Below are positions 51,366 through 60,771 of a stretch of 64,000 nucleotides of DNA, in pieces. Origin of the DNA: an uncultured delta proteobacterium (GTDB lineage: Bacteria; Myxococcota_A; Polyangia; Polyangiales; JAFGIB01). Both the position numbers and the translations under genes were made by a program. Below the pieces are notes generated by a model. That model searched no databases. It saw only the letters and a program-made list of their open reading frames with translations, and was not told the origin of the DNA. Position 1 is the first letter of the stretch, and each line of letters opens with the position of its first letter. The stretch covers positions 1,408,001-1,472,000 of the forward strand of contig CAVZVA010000009.1 in NCBI GenBank assembly GCA_963778655.1, written 5' to 3'.

Positions 51366-52213
51366 CGCTCCTCCTGGTTGTCAGCCGCGCCGGTACCCTG
51401 CTCGAGCGGAGCCTCATCCGGGGGCGGGGGCACGGTCGGCGCGTCGGGATCCAGCAGCGCGTAGTGCACGTGGATCGGGCTGTGGTAGTCGGACTGGTAG
51501 ATGCGCGCGACGTGCATCTTGGTCATCTCGAGCAACGCCAGGAAGGTCACCACCACCTCGTACCTGCTGACGTCTTGCTCGAATAGCTCCTCGAAGCGGC
51601 AGTCGCGCCGCTCGCGCAGCAGCTCCGTGATCTGGCTGATGCGCTCGTTGATCGAGACGCGCTCGGCGGTGATCTCGAACGCGAGCTTGCCCTTGGCGCG
51701 CGCCAGGATCGCTTGAAACGCGTCGAGCAGGCGGAATAGCCCGACTTCGGCCAGCGGAATCGGCCCCTGCAGCTCGGCGCTGCTGGTGCCGCGCGCGAAC
51801 ACATCGCGGCCCGCGACCGGGCGCGCGCCTAGCTCCTCGGCCACGGCCTTGTACTTCTGGTACTCGAGCAGGCGGTGGATCAACTCGAGGCGCGGATCGA
51901 GCTCCTCGTCGGAGGCGTCCTCGTCGTGCTGGTCCTCGGGCGCGCGCGGCAACAGCATCTTGGACTTGATGTGCGCGAGGGTGGCGGCCATCAGCAGGTA
52001 CTCGGCGGCCATGTCCAGGTCCACTGTCTGCATCACCCGCAGGTATTCCAGGTAGCGCTCAGTCACGAACGCGATCGGCAGGTCCAGGATGTCGAGCTCG
52101 TGCTTCTTGATCAGGTGCAGCAGCAGGTCGAGCGGCCCTTCGAACGCCGGCAGCTGGACGCGAAATACCCCTTGTTGGGGGATCGTTTCGGCGAGCGTTT
52201 CCTGGTCCTCCAT
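51362..52213 (-). CDS. scpA: SMC-ScpAB kleisin subunit ScpA
   Basis: FEGPLDLLLHLI, MAATLAHIKSKMLLP and VVTFLALLEM motifs. Confidence 0.94.
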   Translation of the reverse strand: MEDQETLAETIPQQGVFRVQLPAFEGPLDLLLHLIKKHELDILDLPIAFVTERYLEYLRVMQTVDLDMAAEYLLMAATLAHIKSKMLLPRAPEDQHDEDASDEELDPRLELIHRLLEYQKYKAVAEELGARPVAGRDVFARGTSSAELQGPIPLAEVGLFRLLDAFQAILARAKGKLAFEITAERVSINERISQITELLRERRDCRFEELFEQDVSRYEVVVTFLALLEMTKMHVARIYQSDYHSPIHVHYALLDPDAPTVPPPPDEAPLEQGTGAADNQEER

Positions 52214-52453
52214 GGGGTGGTGTTCCTGGCTGGGCGCGCCCGATAGCGCAATTGCGCGGATGCTACCAGCCTCGCAGCGCGCAAGCGCCCGATTTGTGCT
52301 CGGGCGCGCGCGTGGGAACGCGGTGGGTGCGGCGGCTACCCCTGCTCCAGTGGAGCACTTCACATCGACGCGATTGCTTGGCGAGCCCTTGCCGACATTG
52401 AGATCGTTCGAATCTTGCTGGTAAATTCCAGATGGTATGTTGCCGAGGCCACG

Positions 52454-54085
52454 GTGAGCCCGCACTGCGGGCGCTGCGGAAGCATTCTTGGCGCCGGAGC
52501 GACTCGTTGCTCGCGGTGCGGGCACGCGCAGGCCACGCCCGCCGCGGCAGGCGATCTTCAGTACGGGATGCTCGATCTGTCCGATGCACCCGATCTGCCG
52601 GCTCTCCCCTCGCTCGAAACCGATGACCCCACGGGCCCGGCTCGCGCTGCCCAGCCCGCGGCTGCCCGCGGCGTGGGGCGGCGCGCCTCGGGCGCGGGAA
52701 CCGCGCGCACCGGGTCGGGCTCGCGCGCCCAGCCTGCCGGCGCACGCGCGTCGGCGGCTTCGCGCGGCAGGAAATCGACGCGTGGCAGCGGCACGCACCC
52801 GGCCGCGCAGGTCGCAGGTGGGCGCGCTTCAGCAGCGTCGCGCAGCGGCGCACTGCCGGGCGCGGCTCGCGCCCAGCAGCCCAGCGACAGCGCCACGTCC
52901 TACGGCCGGGGCATGATGATCGACGACGATCTGCTGAATCAAGGCTTCGGTGGCGGCGGTGGCGCCGGCGCGGCGCTCGAGCTCGACGAGGCGGCCGTGC
53001 CCTTTGCCGCGCCGCGCCGCTCGGCCGAGATCGGTCCGGTTGCCGAGGACCCGCTGGCCGGCGCGCAGGTGCCTTCGGTGCGGCCGGAAAGCCCCGAACG
53101 GCAGCGGGCGGCCAAGCTGGCGCAGATCGCGGGCTACGGGCCCGTGCCCCAGAAGCCGATCGCTACGCCGCTCTACTGGGTACGCGTGGTGCTGCGCAAG
53201 CGGGTCTTGACCGAGGAGCTGGCCGCGCTCTCGGCGCAGCGCAAGCGCGCAGACGACGCCGCCGGCGACGCCCTGGTCAAGCTCGGCGAAACGATCTTCG
53301 AGCTGCGCGACGACCCGCGAACCGAAGGCCTGGAAAGGTTGTTCCGCGCAGTCGGCGATGCCGACAATCAGGTCGGGCAAGTGCAGGCGCAAGCCGAGAA
53401 GCGCAAGCAGCAGGCTTCGACCGAGCTGGCGCGGCTCGACCGCGAGTTGCAGCGTGTGGAGCGCCAGGCCACCCCGCTGCGCCAGCGCGAAGCAGAGCTG
53501 GCGGCGGAGGTCGAACGGCTCAAGGGCGAGGCACGCCTGCTCGAGATGCAGCGGCGCAAGCTCGACGTCGAGATCGAGGCGCTCGGGCGGCAGAAAGGCG
53601 GCGCGGACCCCGAACGGCTCGCGGCGCTGCGGGCGGAGCGCGACGCGCGCCACGGCCAGGTGCAGACGCTTGGCATCCAGGTGCGCCCGATCGAGGAGGA
53701 CCTCAGCGTCGCGCGCAAGGAGCTCGCGCTGCGCATGCGCAAGATCGCTGGGCTCCAGGACGAGAAGCAGCTCTCGATCGCGGGGCTCGAGCGGGCCCAA
53801 CAGGCGCAACGGGTGTCGCAGGGCAGCGCGCGCGGCGCGCGCGCGCAGGCGCTGACGGCGCTGGCGCAAACCGCCCTGCGGCAGAGCCTGGGTGAGCTGG
53901 CGCCGGAGCACGAGAACAACGTTCGGATCAGCGCGCAGCGCGCCGAGCAGCGGCGCCAGCAGGAAGAGCTGCACCGCGCCGCCCTCGCCAGCTACGACCA
54001 CCGCGCCTACGGCCGCGGCATGAGCCTGCTACTCGGCAGCAGCCTGCTGTTCTTTCTGACCCTGGCCGCGCTGATCTTCTTCTGA
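52454..54085 (+). CDS. Zinc-ribbon / long coiled-coil protein with C-terminal membrane anchor
   Basis: CGRCG-x7-CSRCG at the N-terminus; E/R/Q/L heptad-rich region; ends LLLGSSLLFFLTLAALIFF. GTG start inferred. Confidence 0.75.
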   Translation: MSPHCGRCGSILGAGATRCSRCGHAQATPAAAGDLQYGMLDLSDAPDLPALPSLETDDPTGPARAAQPAAARGVGRRASGAGTARTGSGSRAQPAGARASAASRGRKSTRGSGTHPAAQVAGGRASAASRSGALPGAARAQQPSDSATSYGRGMMIDDDLLNQGFGGGGGAGAALELDEAAVPFAAPRRSAEIGPVAEDPLAGAQVPSVRPESPERQRAAKLAQIAGYGPVPQKPIATPLYWVRVVLRKRVLTEELAALSAQRKRADDAAGDALVKLGETIFELRDDPRTEGLERLFRAVGDADNQVGQVQAQAEKRKQQASTELARLDRELQRVERQATPLRQREAELAAEVERLKGEARLLEMQRRKLDVEIEALGRQKGGADPERLAALRAERDARHGQVQTLGIQVRPIEEDLSVARKELALRMRKIAGLQDEKQLSIAGLERAQQAQRVSQGSARGARAQALTALAQTALRQSLGELAPEHENNVRISAQRAEQRRQQEELHRAALASYDHRAYGRGMSLLLGSSLLFFLTLAALIFF

Positions 54086-54136
54086 GAGGCCGACCGGCGT
54101 AGCGCACAGTCGCGATGTCTGCGACCTACGCGCGCC

Positions 54137-54604
54137 CTACTCTTTCGCTTCCTTGAGCGCGGCCAACACGGCGTCGACGTGGCCGGCGACCTTGACCCTG
54201 GGGAAGACCTTCTTCACCTTGCCGTCGGGGCCGACGATCACGGTCGAGCGGATGATGCCCATGCTCTTCTTGCCGTACATGTTCTTCTCGCCCCACGCGC
54301 CGTACTTCTCGATCACCTTGGCGTCCGGGTCGCTGGCCAGGGTCACGCGCAGGCGGTGCTTGTCGCGGAACTTGCAGTGCGATTCGACTGAGTCCTTGCT
54401 CACGCCCACCACGACCGCCCCCAGCTTGTCCAGGCGAGCGCGCGCCTTGCTGAAATCCTGCGCCTCGAGCGTGCAGCCGGGCGTGTCGTCTTTCGGATAG
54501 AAGTACAGCACCAACTGCTTGCCCTTGAAGCTCGCGAGCGAGATCTTCTCACCCTGATCGGTGGTCAGCGTGAACGCGGGCGCCTGTTTGCCTTCCTGAA
54601 TCAT
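54137..54604 (-). CDS. bcp: Thioredoxin-dependent peroxiredoxin Bcp
   Basis: LYFYPKDDTPGCT motif; GGAGG-type SD upstream. Confidence 0.93.
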   Translation of the reverse strand: MIQEGKQAPAFTLTTDQGEKISLASFKGKQLVLYFYPKDDTPGCTLEAQDFSKARARLDKLGAVVVGVSKDSVESHCKFRDKHRLRVTLASDPDAKVIEKYGAWGEKNMYGKKSMGIIRSTVIVGPDGKVKKVFPRVKVAGHVDAVLAALKEAKE

Positions 54605-54718
54605 GGAACGGCCTCCTGTGTCCACCCTGCGTGCCCAACCAGGCGCCGTCTGTCAACGCCGTGCCGTGCAGCAGGCCGCCTGCGTGCGGCGATGGATCCA
54701 TTCGTGTAGAACCCGGGG

Positions 54719-55294
54719 ATGTCGGTACGGGGCGCGCGAGTGCTGCTGGTCGGCGCCTGTTCCGAGCGCGGGCGGCGGCTGGTCGAGGGCCTGCTCGCGC
54801 TCGGCGCGCACGTGATCGCGGCCGACCGCCTGCGCACGCGGCTCGAGGAGCTGCGCGCCGAGATGCGGCAGCACGAACGGCTGTGGGTCGCGGAGAGCGA
54901 CGCGCTCGACCCGCAGTCGATGGCCACGCTGTGCGCAGACGTGGCGCACGACGATCCGATCGACGCGGCGTTGCTGTTGCTGGACGCCGGCCCCGGGCCG
55001 CCCGCCCGGACGAGCGCCGCGGCCGCCTCCGTCTTCGAGGGCTTCGTCGCCGCGGCCCTGCGCCACATGGGCGACCGCGGCCGGGGCCGCGTGCTGCTGT
55101 TGGTCGAGCCGGAGCCGGACGCGCTCGGCGCCGCCCTGTCCCGGCCGTGTACGCGCGCCGCAGAGCAAGCCCGCGCGCACGGCCTTTCGATCGCCGGCAC
55201 CAGCGCGCCCCTCGGCGTCGCACAGGTGCTGCGCTGGATCGACCCCGCTCAACCCGCGCCCGAAGGCTGGCTCGACAATCCAGCGCACGAGTGA
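54719..55294 (+). CDS. Short, degenerate SDR/Rossmann-like protein
   Basis: VLLVGACSERGRRLVEGLLALGAHVIA N-terminus and GRGRVLLL strand; no YxxxK motif. Confidence 0.55.
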   Translation: MSVRGARVLLVGACSERGRRLVEGLLALGAHVIAADRLRTRLEELRAEMRQHERLWVAESDALDPQSMATLCADVAHDDPIDAALLLLDAGPGPPARTSAAAASVFEGFVAAALRHMGDRGRGRVLLLVEPEPDALGAALSRPCTRAAEQARAHGLSIAGTSAPLGVAQVLRWIDPAQPAPEGWLDNPAHE

Positions 55295-55372
55295 GCGCAA
55301 CGAAGTGGAACGAGCCCCGCAGGCGCATGGGCCCCGCGTGCCGTTGGGCGGGAGGGTTGCGCGACCCTCCCG
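55291..55372 (+). repeat. Dispersed palindromic element, family A (variant copy)
   Basis: Starts GTGAGCGCAACGAA; ends with hairpin CGGGAGGGTT-GCGC-GACCCTCCCG at 55349-55372. Confidence 0.6.
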
Positions 55373-55392
55373 GTGACAAAAACCGCGCTATT

Positions 55393-56085
55393 ATGACCAG
55401 GGTGCGGCCCACCCTCGTCATCGGCGACGTGCACGGCTGCCTCGACGAGCTCGAGCGCTTGCTGCAGGCCGCCGGATACGCTCGGGGGGACGGGCTGGTA
55501 CTGGTCGGCGACCTGGTCGCCAAGGGGCCGGACTCGCGCGGCGTGCTGGCGCTGGTGCGTGAGCTCGACGCGCGCGCGGTGTGCGGCAACCACGACGCCC
55601 ACGTGCTGCGCTACAAGCGGGCGCTCGACGCTGGCCGGACCCCGCCGCGGTTGGGCAGCGACCACCGTGCCCTGGCGGAGGCCCTGGACGCGCGCGACTG
55701 GGCCCTGCTGGAGTCGTTGCCGTTGTTCCTGCGCCTGCCCGAGCACGGCGCGATCGTGGTGCACGCGGGCCTGCTGCCGGGCGTGCCGCTCGAGGCGCAA
55801 GATCCGCAGCTGCTGCTCAACATGCGCACCATCCGGCCCGACGGCAGCGGCTCGAGCCGGCCAGAAGACGGCGTGCTGTGGGGAAGCCTGTGGCCTGGGC
55901 CGGAGCTGGTGCTGTTCGGGCACCACGCCAGCGCCGGCCTGCAAGAGCACCCGTTCGCGCTGGGGCTGGACACCGGCTGCGTGTACGGCGGGCGCCTGAC
56001 CGGGTGCGTGCTGCCCGAGCGCCGCCTGGTCTCTGTCGCGGCGCGCCGAGCTTATGCGCCAATCGAACGACGGGAGCGTGCATGA
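55393..56085 (+). CDS. Metallophosphoesterase (ApaH/PPP-like)
   Basis: IGDVHGC, VGDLVAKGP, GNHD, VHAG, FGH and LDTGCVYGG motifs. Confidence 0.9.
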   Translation: MTRVRPTLVIGDVHGCLDELERLLQAAGYARGDGLVLVGDLVAKGPDSRGVLALVRELDARAVCGNHDAHVLRYKRALDAGRTPPRLGSDHRALAEALDARDWALLESLPLFLRLPEHGAIVVHAGLLPGVPLEAQDPQLLLNMRTIRPDGSGSSRPEDGVLWGSLWPGPELVLFGHHASAGLQEHPFALGLDTGCVYGGRLTGCVLPERRLVSVAARRAYAPIERRERA

Positions 56086-56441
56086 CGCGCGCTCCGGCCG
56101 CACGGGTGGCCGCCGGATGCGTGCACGACCTGGTCGCCGGCCAGGTGCGCGTGGTGCGGCTGCCGGCGGACGCCTCGGGCATGCCGCGGGAGGCGCTGCT
56201 GCTGCGCGACGCGCGCGGGCGGTTGCGCGCCTACCTCAACCGCTGCCGGCACCTGCCGGTGCCGCTCGATGCCGGCGGGCGCAGCTTCTTCTCTGCCGAC
56301 GGCAGCGAGCTGGAGTGCAGGACCCACGGCGCGCGCTATCGCCTGGACGACGGGCGCTGCGTCGAGGGCCCGTGCAAGGGCGCCGCGCTGCAGGCGTTCG
56401 CGATCGAGCTCGAGGGCGACCTGGTCCACGTGCTGCTGTGA
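56082..56441 (+). CDS. Rieske [2Fe-2S] ferredoxin-like protein
   Basis: NRCRH...CRTHGARY...GPC Rieske ligand motifs. Confidence 0.88.
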   Translation: MTRAPAARVAAGCVHDLVAGQVRVVRLPADASGMPREALLLRDARGRLRAYLNRCRHLPVPLDAGGRSFFSADGSELECRTHGARYRLDDGRCVEGPCKGAALQAFAIELEGDLVHVLL

Positions 56442-56474
56442 GCGCCGGCCGCGGGCTTGGTGCGGGGCCGCGCG

Positions 56475-57344
56475 TCAGCGCGCCGCCGCGGGGGCCGGCT
56501 CGGAGCGGCGCAGCAGCGATGCCGGGCACGAGCGCGGCCCGAGCACGGTCCACGGCAGGTCCTCGCTGCCATGCAGCAGCTCACTGCGCGCGGTCAGCAC
56601 CTCGCAGCCGCCCTCGGTCACCAGCACCGTGTGCTCGAACTGGGCGGACAGCGAGCGGTCGGCGGTGACCACTGTCCAGTCGTCCTCCAGCACCTCGCAG
56701 GCGTAGTGACCGAGATTGATCATCGGCTCGATGGTGAACACCATGCCCGGCTTGAGCCGCTTGCCGGTATCGCGCTTGCCGTAGTGCGGCACTTGCGGCG
56801 CGGTGTGGAACTCGCGGCCGATGCCGTGACCCACGTAGTCGCGCACCACCGAGCAGCCCTGGGCTTCGGCGTAGCGCTGAATCGCGGCGCCGATGTCGCC
56901 AATGCGCTTGCCGGGCGCGACCTCCGCGATGCCGAGCTCCAGGCAGTGCCGCGAGACCTCCACCACGTGCTTGGCCTCCGCGCTGGGAGTGCCAACGTAG
57001 AAGGTAGCGCTGGTATCGCCGTGGAAGCCGTCGACCCGCGGCAGGTAGCTGGTGACGTCGACGTTGACGATGTCGCCGTCGCGCAACACCCGCTTGCCCG
57101 GGATCCCGTGGCAGACCACCTCGTTGACGCTGGTGCAGACGCTCTTGGGGAAGCCCTTGTAGTTCAGCGGCGAAGGCCAGGCGTCGTGCTCGATGGTGTA
57201 GTCGTGAACCAGGGTGTTCACGTCGTCGGTGGTCATGCCCGGCCGCAGGTGGCGGCCGACCCACAACAGGGTGTCGGCCGCGAGCTGGCAGGCCGCACGC
57301 ATGCGCTCCACCATCGGCGGGCTCATGATTTCGATGGCGGACAC
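56475..57344 (-). CDS. map: Methionine aminopeptidase, type I
   Basis: SVCTSVNEVVCHGIP, GHGIG, FTIEPMIN and SAQFEHT motifs; GAGGAG SD before GTG. Confidence 0.95.
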   Translation of the reverse strand: MSAIEIMSPPMVERMRAACQLAADTLLWVGRHLRPGMTTDDVNTLVHDYTIEHDAWPSPLNYKGFPKSVCTSVNEVVCHGIPGKRVLRDGDIVNVDVTSYLPRVDGFHGDTSATFYVGTPSAEAKHVVEVSRHCLELGIAEVAPGKRIGDIGAAIQRYAEAQGCSVVRDYVGHGIGREFHTAPQVPHYGKRDTGKRLKPGMVFTIEPMINLGHYACEVLEDDWTVVTADRSLSAQFEHTVLVTEGGCEVLTARSELLHGSEDLPWTVLGPRSCPASLLRRSEPAPAAAR

Positions 57345-57424
57345 GCGTTGACTCCTCGACTGCTGAACGTAGGGCGCGCCCGCACTGCGGGCAAGCCCGG
57401 TGCCGGCGGGCGCGCTGCCGCGCT

Positions 57425-57574
57425 CTAGACGCTCGCCGTCGAGAACGCGAGCGTGGCCATCGCGTAGATGAGCACCAGGCACAGGCCCAGGAACACGATA
57501 CCCGCCCTGAACAAGCGCGGTGCGGTCCAGTACTCTTCCTCGCGCTTGATGCGCTGCTCTTCTCCTTCGGTCAC
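57425..57574 (-). CDS. Small single-TM membrane protein (49 aa)
   Basis: AGGAG SD, then GTG: MTEGEEQRIKREEEYWTAPRLFRAGIVFLGLCLVLIYAMATLAFSTASV*. Below the ORF-track size cutoff. Confidence 0.6.
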   Translation of the reverse strand: MTEGEEQRIKREEEYWTAPRLFRAGIVFLGLCLVLIYAMATLAFSTASV

Positions 57575-57667
57575 GACGAATCTCCTGCTGGGTCGCGTAG
57601 ATAGCCGCTCGGGCCGGCCCCGTCAATCGCCCCCCTTCCCGCCTGCCTGTCTTGCTGGTGACTGACT

Positions 57668-57703
57668 AAAGAAAAGGCCCGGCGGGGGCGTCCGCCGGGC
57701 CTT
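57668..57703 (-). terminator. Rho-independent terminator of the small acidic protein gene
   Basis: 12-bp stem AAGGCCCGGCGG/CCGCCGGGCCTT with a 6-nt loop, followed on the minus strand by TTCTTT. Confidence 0.8.
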
Positions 57704-57759
57704 GCGGCGCTCGACCAGGCGATGAATCGAGCGCCCTAAGCGTGTTCGCCTCAGTTGAC

Positions 57760-57933
57760 CTAACCGAAGTCGAGCTCGTCGCCGTCTGTCTCGACCTGCT
57801 CGTCGAAGGACTTGAAGACCGCCTCGACCTCCAAGTCGTCGACCGTGAACCCGACCTTGTTCATGGGCCGCAGCTCTTCGCGCTCGAAGTCAGCGAACGA
57901 CCCGTAGTTCTTGGGACCACCGTCGCGTTTCAT
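57760..57933 (-). CDS. Small acidic protein (57 aa) divergent from parA
   Basis: GGAGG SD at 57944-57948, ATG at 57933, GC3-rich codons, own terminator. Confidence 0.75.
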   Translation of the reverse strand: MKRDGGPKNYGSFADFEREELRPMNKVGFTVDDLEVEAVFKSFDEQVETDGDELDFG

Positions 57934-58055
57934 TCGAATCAAGCCTCCAAGTAAACCTACATTCAACGACACCTTACTACCCCCACTTACAACTACACAA
58001 AAAACGGCGAGATTGAATCGCCTCGGACACCTTGGTAAGAACCGGCCCGAAGCCG

Positions 58056-58823
58056 ATGAGCCGCGTCTTCGCGATTTCCAACCAGAAAGGCGGGGTCGGT
58101 AAGACGACCACGGCGGTCAATCTGGCTGCAAGCATGGCGGTCGCCGAGCAGAGGGTGCTGCTGATCGACCTCGATCCTCAGGGCAACGCCAGCAGCGGCG
58201 TGGGTATCACCGACCGCGATGGTGCGCGTTCGCTCTACCCGGTCATGTTCGGCGAGGCGACGCTGGCCGAAGTCACGCAGCCCACCGAGTTGCCCTATCT
58301 GGAGATCGTCCCGGCCGTGCGTGACCTGGCCGGGGTCGAGGTCGAGATGGCGGGGGTCGACGATCGGGCCACCCGCCTGCGCGACGCCCTGCTGCCGGTT
58401 CGCGACCGTTACGACTTCATCTTCCTCGATTGTCCGCCCTCGCTCGGCATCCTGACCATCAACGCCCTGGTGGCCGCCGACGTGGTGCTGGTGCCGATGC
58501 AAGCCGAGTTCTACGCGCTGCAGGGGCTCTCGGATCTGGCGAGCACGATCGAGCGCGTGCGCGCGACGCTCAACCCAGCGCTTGAGATCTACGGCGTGCT
58601 GCTGACCATGTTCGACGCGCGCAGCAACCTCTCCAACCAGGTGGCCGAGGAGGTGCGCAAGCACTTCCACGTGTTCGACACGGTGATTCCGCGCAACGTG
58701 CGCCTGGCCGAGGCACCGTCCTACGGCCGGCCGGTGATCCTGTACGATGCCGGCTCGCGGGGCTCGCACGGCTACCTGAGCCTCGCGCGTGAAATCCTCG
58801 AACGGCAGCCCGCGGTCGCGTGA
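58056..58823 (+). CDS. parA: Chromosome partitioning ATPase ParA/Soj
   Basis: NQKGGVGKTTT, IDLDPQGNAS, DCPPSLG and IPRNVRLAEAPSYG motifs. Confidence 0.95.
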   Translation: MSRVFAISNQKGGVGKTTTAVNLAASMAVAEQRVLLIDLDPQGNASSGVGITDRDGARSLYPVMFGEATLAEVTQPTELPYLEIVPAVRDLAGVEVEMAGVDDRATRLRDALLPVRDRYDFIFLDCPPSLGILTINALVAADVVLVPMQAEFYALQGLSDLASTIERVRATLNPALEIYGVLLTMFDARSNLSNQVAEEVRKHFHVFDTVIPRNVRLAEAPSYGRPVILYDAGSRGSHGYLSLAREILERQPAVA

Positions 58824-58838
58824 AGACGAGGCAGAACG

Positions 58839-58915
58839 AGAGCGAAGCGAACCCCGCGGCGGGGTGGGCCCCTGACGGCTTTGCCGGCAGGGCGAGGAGG
58901 GCGCGTGCCCTTCCC
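58839..58915 (+). repeat. Dispersed palindromic element, family A, between parA and parB
   Basis: AGCGAACCCCGCGGCGGGGTGGGCCCCTGACGGCTTTGCCGGCAGGGCGAGGAGGGCGCGTGCCCTTCCC aligns end-to-end with the reverse complement of the 68-bp array core. Confidence 0.85.
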
Positions 58916-58942
58916 GGTAACGGGCAAGCGTGATGGCTGTTC

Positions 58943-59812
58943 ATGGTTGATTCTAGCAAGCGGCGCGGGCTGGGCCGCGGTTTGGATGCGCTGCTGCCGG
59001 CGGCCCCGGCCTCGCCCGCGGCGGGCGGGCGCGGCCCCGAGGCCTTCTACGCGCCAATCGAGGGCCTGCACCCCAGCCGCTCGCAGCCGCGCACGCGCTT
59101 CGACGACGCGGCGCTCGACGAGCTAGCGGCCTCGCTGCGCGCGGTCGGCATGCTCGAGCCGATTCTGGTGCGGCGCCGCGCGCAGGGCGGCCACGAGATC
59201 GTCGCCGGGGAGCGACGCTGGCGTGCGGCGCAGCGCGCGGGCCTGCACGAGGTGCCGGTGTTCGTGCGCGAGCTGAGCGAGGGCAAGGCCTTCGAGGCGG
59301 CGCTGATCGAGAACCTGCAGCGCGAAGACCTCAATCCGCTCGAGACCGCGCGCGCCTATCAGCGGCTGGTCGACGAGCACGGGCACTCGGTGGAGTCGGT
59401 GGCGCGCTTGATCGGCAAGGACCGCTCGACCGTGGCCAATGCGGTGCGGCTGCTCAAGCTGCCCGAGTCGGTGGTCGACCGCATCGAGGCCGGCGAGCTG
59501 AGCGAGGGCCACGGCCGCGCCCTGCTCGGCGCGGCCGACGTGGGCGCGATGGAGCGGCTGGCACGCGAGGCCGTGGCCAAGGCCTGGAGCGTGCGCGAGA
59601 CCGAGCGTCGCGCCCGCAGCGAGGCGCAGAAGAAGCGCCCCGGCGGCACGCAGCAAAAGAACGCCAACACCCGCGACCTGGAAGAGCGGCTGAGCAAGCG
59701 GCTGGGCACGCGGGTGACCCTCGCCGACCGCAAGGGCAAGGGCCACCTCAGCGTGGCGTTCTCGAGCTACGACGAGCTCGACCGCCTGATCGAGCAGCTG
59801 CTCGCGGAGTGA
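58943..59812 (+). CDS. parB: Chromosome partitioning protein ParB/Spo0J
   Basis: [39 protein letters not shown] and GKDRSTVAN motifs. Confidence 0.95.
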   Translation: MVDSSKRRGLGRGLDALLPAAPASPAAGGRGPEAFYAPIEGLHPSRSQPRTRFDDAALDELAASLRAVGMLEPILVRRRAQGGHEIVAGERRWRAAQRAGLHEVPVFVRELSEGKAFEAALIENLQREDLNPLETARAYQRLVDEHGHSVESVARLIGKDRSTVANAVRLLKLPESVVDRIEAGELSEGHGRALLGAADVGAMERLAREAVAKAWSVRETERRARSEAQKKRPGGTQQKNANTRDLEERLSKRLGTRVTLADRKGKGHLSVAFSSYDELDRLIEQLLAE

Positions 59813-59912
59813 GTCGCTCGCGTCCGGGCTTCTGCATTCTCGACTGCGTTTGCGAATGGTGCAGGCCGCGCGGCGGCTTCCCAGCTGCCCGGCGTGGTGG
59901 TACCAACAGCGC

Positions 59913-60767
59913 ATGACTGCGCAGCTGATCGACGGCAAGGGCATCGCGAAGAAGGTGCGGGCCGAGGCGCAGCAGCGCGCCGCAGCCTTCGCCACACAGC
60001 ACGGGCGCAAGCCGGGGCTCGAGGTGGTGCTGGTGGGTGAGGACCCGGCGTCGCAGGTCTACGTGCGCAACAAAGAGAAGGCGAGCAACGAGATCGGCAT
60101 TCGCGGCGCGGTCCATCGTCTGCCCGCCGACAGCTCCCAGGCCAAGGTGGTGGAGCTGGTGCAGCGCCTGAACGCCGACGATGGTGTGGACGGCATCCTG
60201 GTGCAGCTTCCCCTACCCTCGCAGATCGATCCCGACGCGGTGATCGCGCACATCGACGCCGCCAAAGATGTCGACGGCCTGACCGCGGTCAACGCCGGGC
60301 TGCTCTTGCTGGGGCGACCGGGCCTGCGCCCCTGCACCCCGCACGGCTGCATGCGGTTGCTGGACGAGATCGGCTGCGACCCGCGCGGCAAGCGCGCGGT
60401 GGTGGTCGGGCGCAGCAACCTGGTGGGCAAGCCGATCGCGCACATGCTGCTGGCGCGCCACGCCACCGTGACCATCGCGCACTCGCGCACCTCGGATCTC
60501 GGCGCGGTGGTGGCCGAGGCCGACATCCTGGTGGCGGCGGTGGGCAGGCGCGACCTGATCCGCGGCGCGTGGATCAAGCCGGGCGCGGTGGTGATCGACG
60601 TAGGCATGAACCGCAACGACGCCGGCAAGCTGTGCGGCGACGTCGAATTCGAGCCGGCCCGCGAACGGGCGAGCTTCATCACCCCGGTCCCCGGCGGCGT
60701 GGGCCCGATGACCATCGCGATGCTGCTCAGCAACAGCGTCGACGCGGCGTACGCACGGGTGGGCTGA
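59913..60767 (+). CDS. folD: Methylenetetrahydrofolate dehydrogenase/cyclohydrolase
   Basis: [31 protein letters not shown] and [11 protein letters not shown] motifs. Confidence 0.96.
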   Translation: MTAQLIDGKGIAKKVRAEAQQRAAAFATQHGRKPGLEVVLVGEDPASQVYVRNKEKASNEIGIRGAVHRLPADSSQAKVVELVQRLNADDGVDGILVQLPLPSQIDPDAVIAHIDAAKDVDGLTAVNAGLLLLGRPGLRPCTPHGCMRLLDEIGCDPRGKRAVVVGRSNLVGKPIAHMLLARHATVTIAHSRTSDLGAVVAEADILVAAVGRRDLIRGAWIKPGAVVIDVGMNRNDAGKLCGDVEFEPARERASFITPVPGGVGPMTIAMLLSNSVDAAYARVG

Positions 60768-60771
60768 GGGC

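Noticed and set aside
54096..54132. Hairpin between the convergent coiled-coil gene and bcp as a repeat-family member
   Set aside because: Imperfect, single copy and unrelated to families A or B; at most a weak terminator.
57934..59000. oriC or parS sites near parAB
   Set aside because: No DnaA-box cluster and no GTTCCACGTGGAAC-type palindrome seen. TTCCACGTGTTC inside parA is only a partial match.
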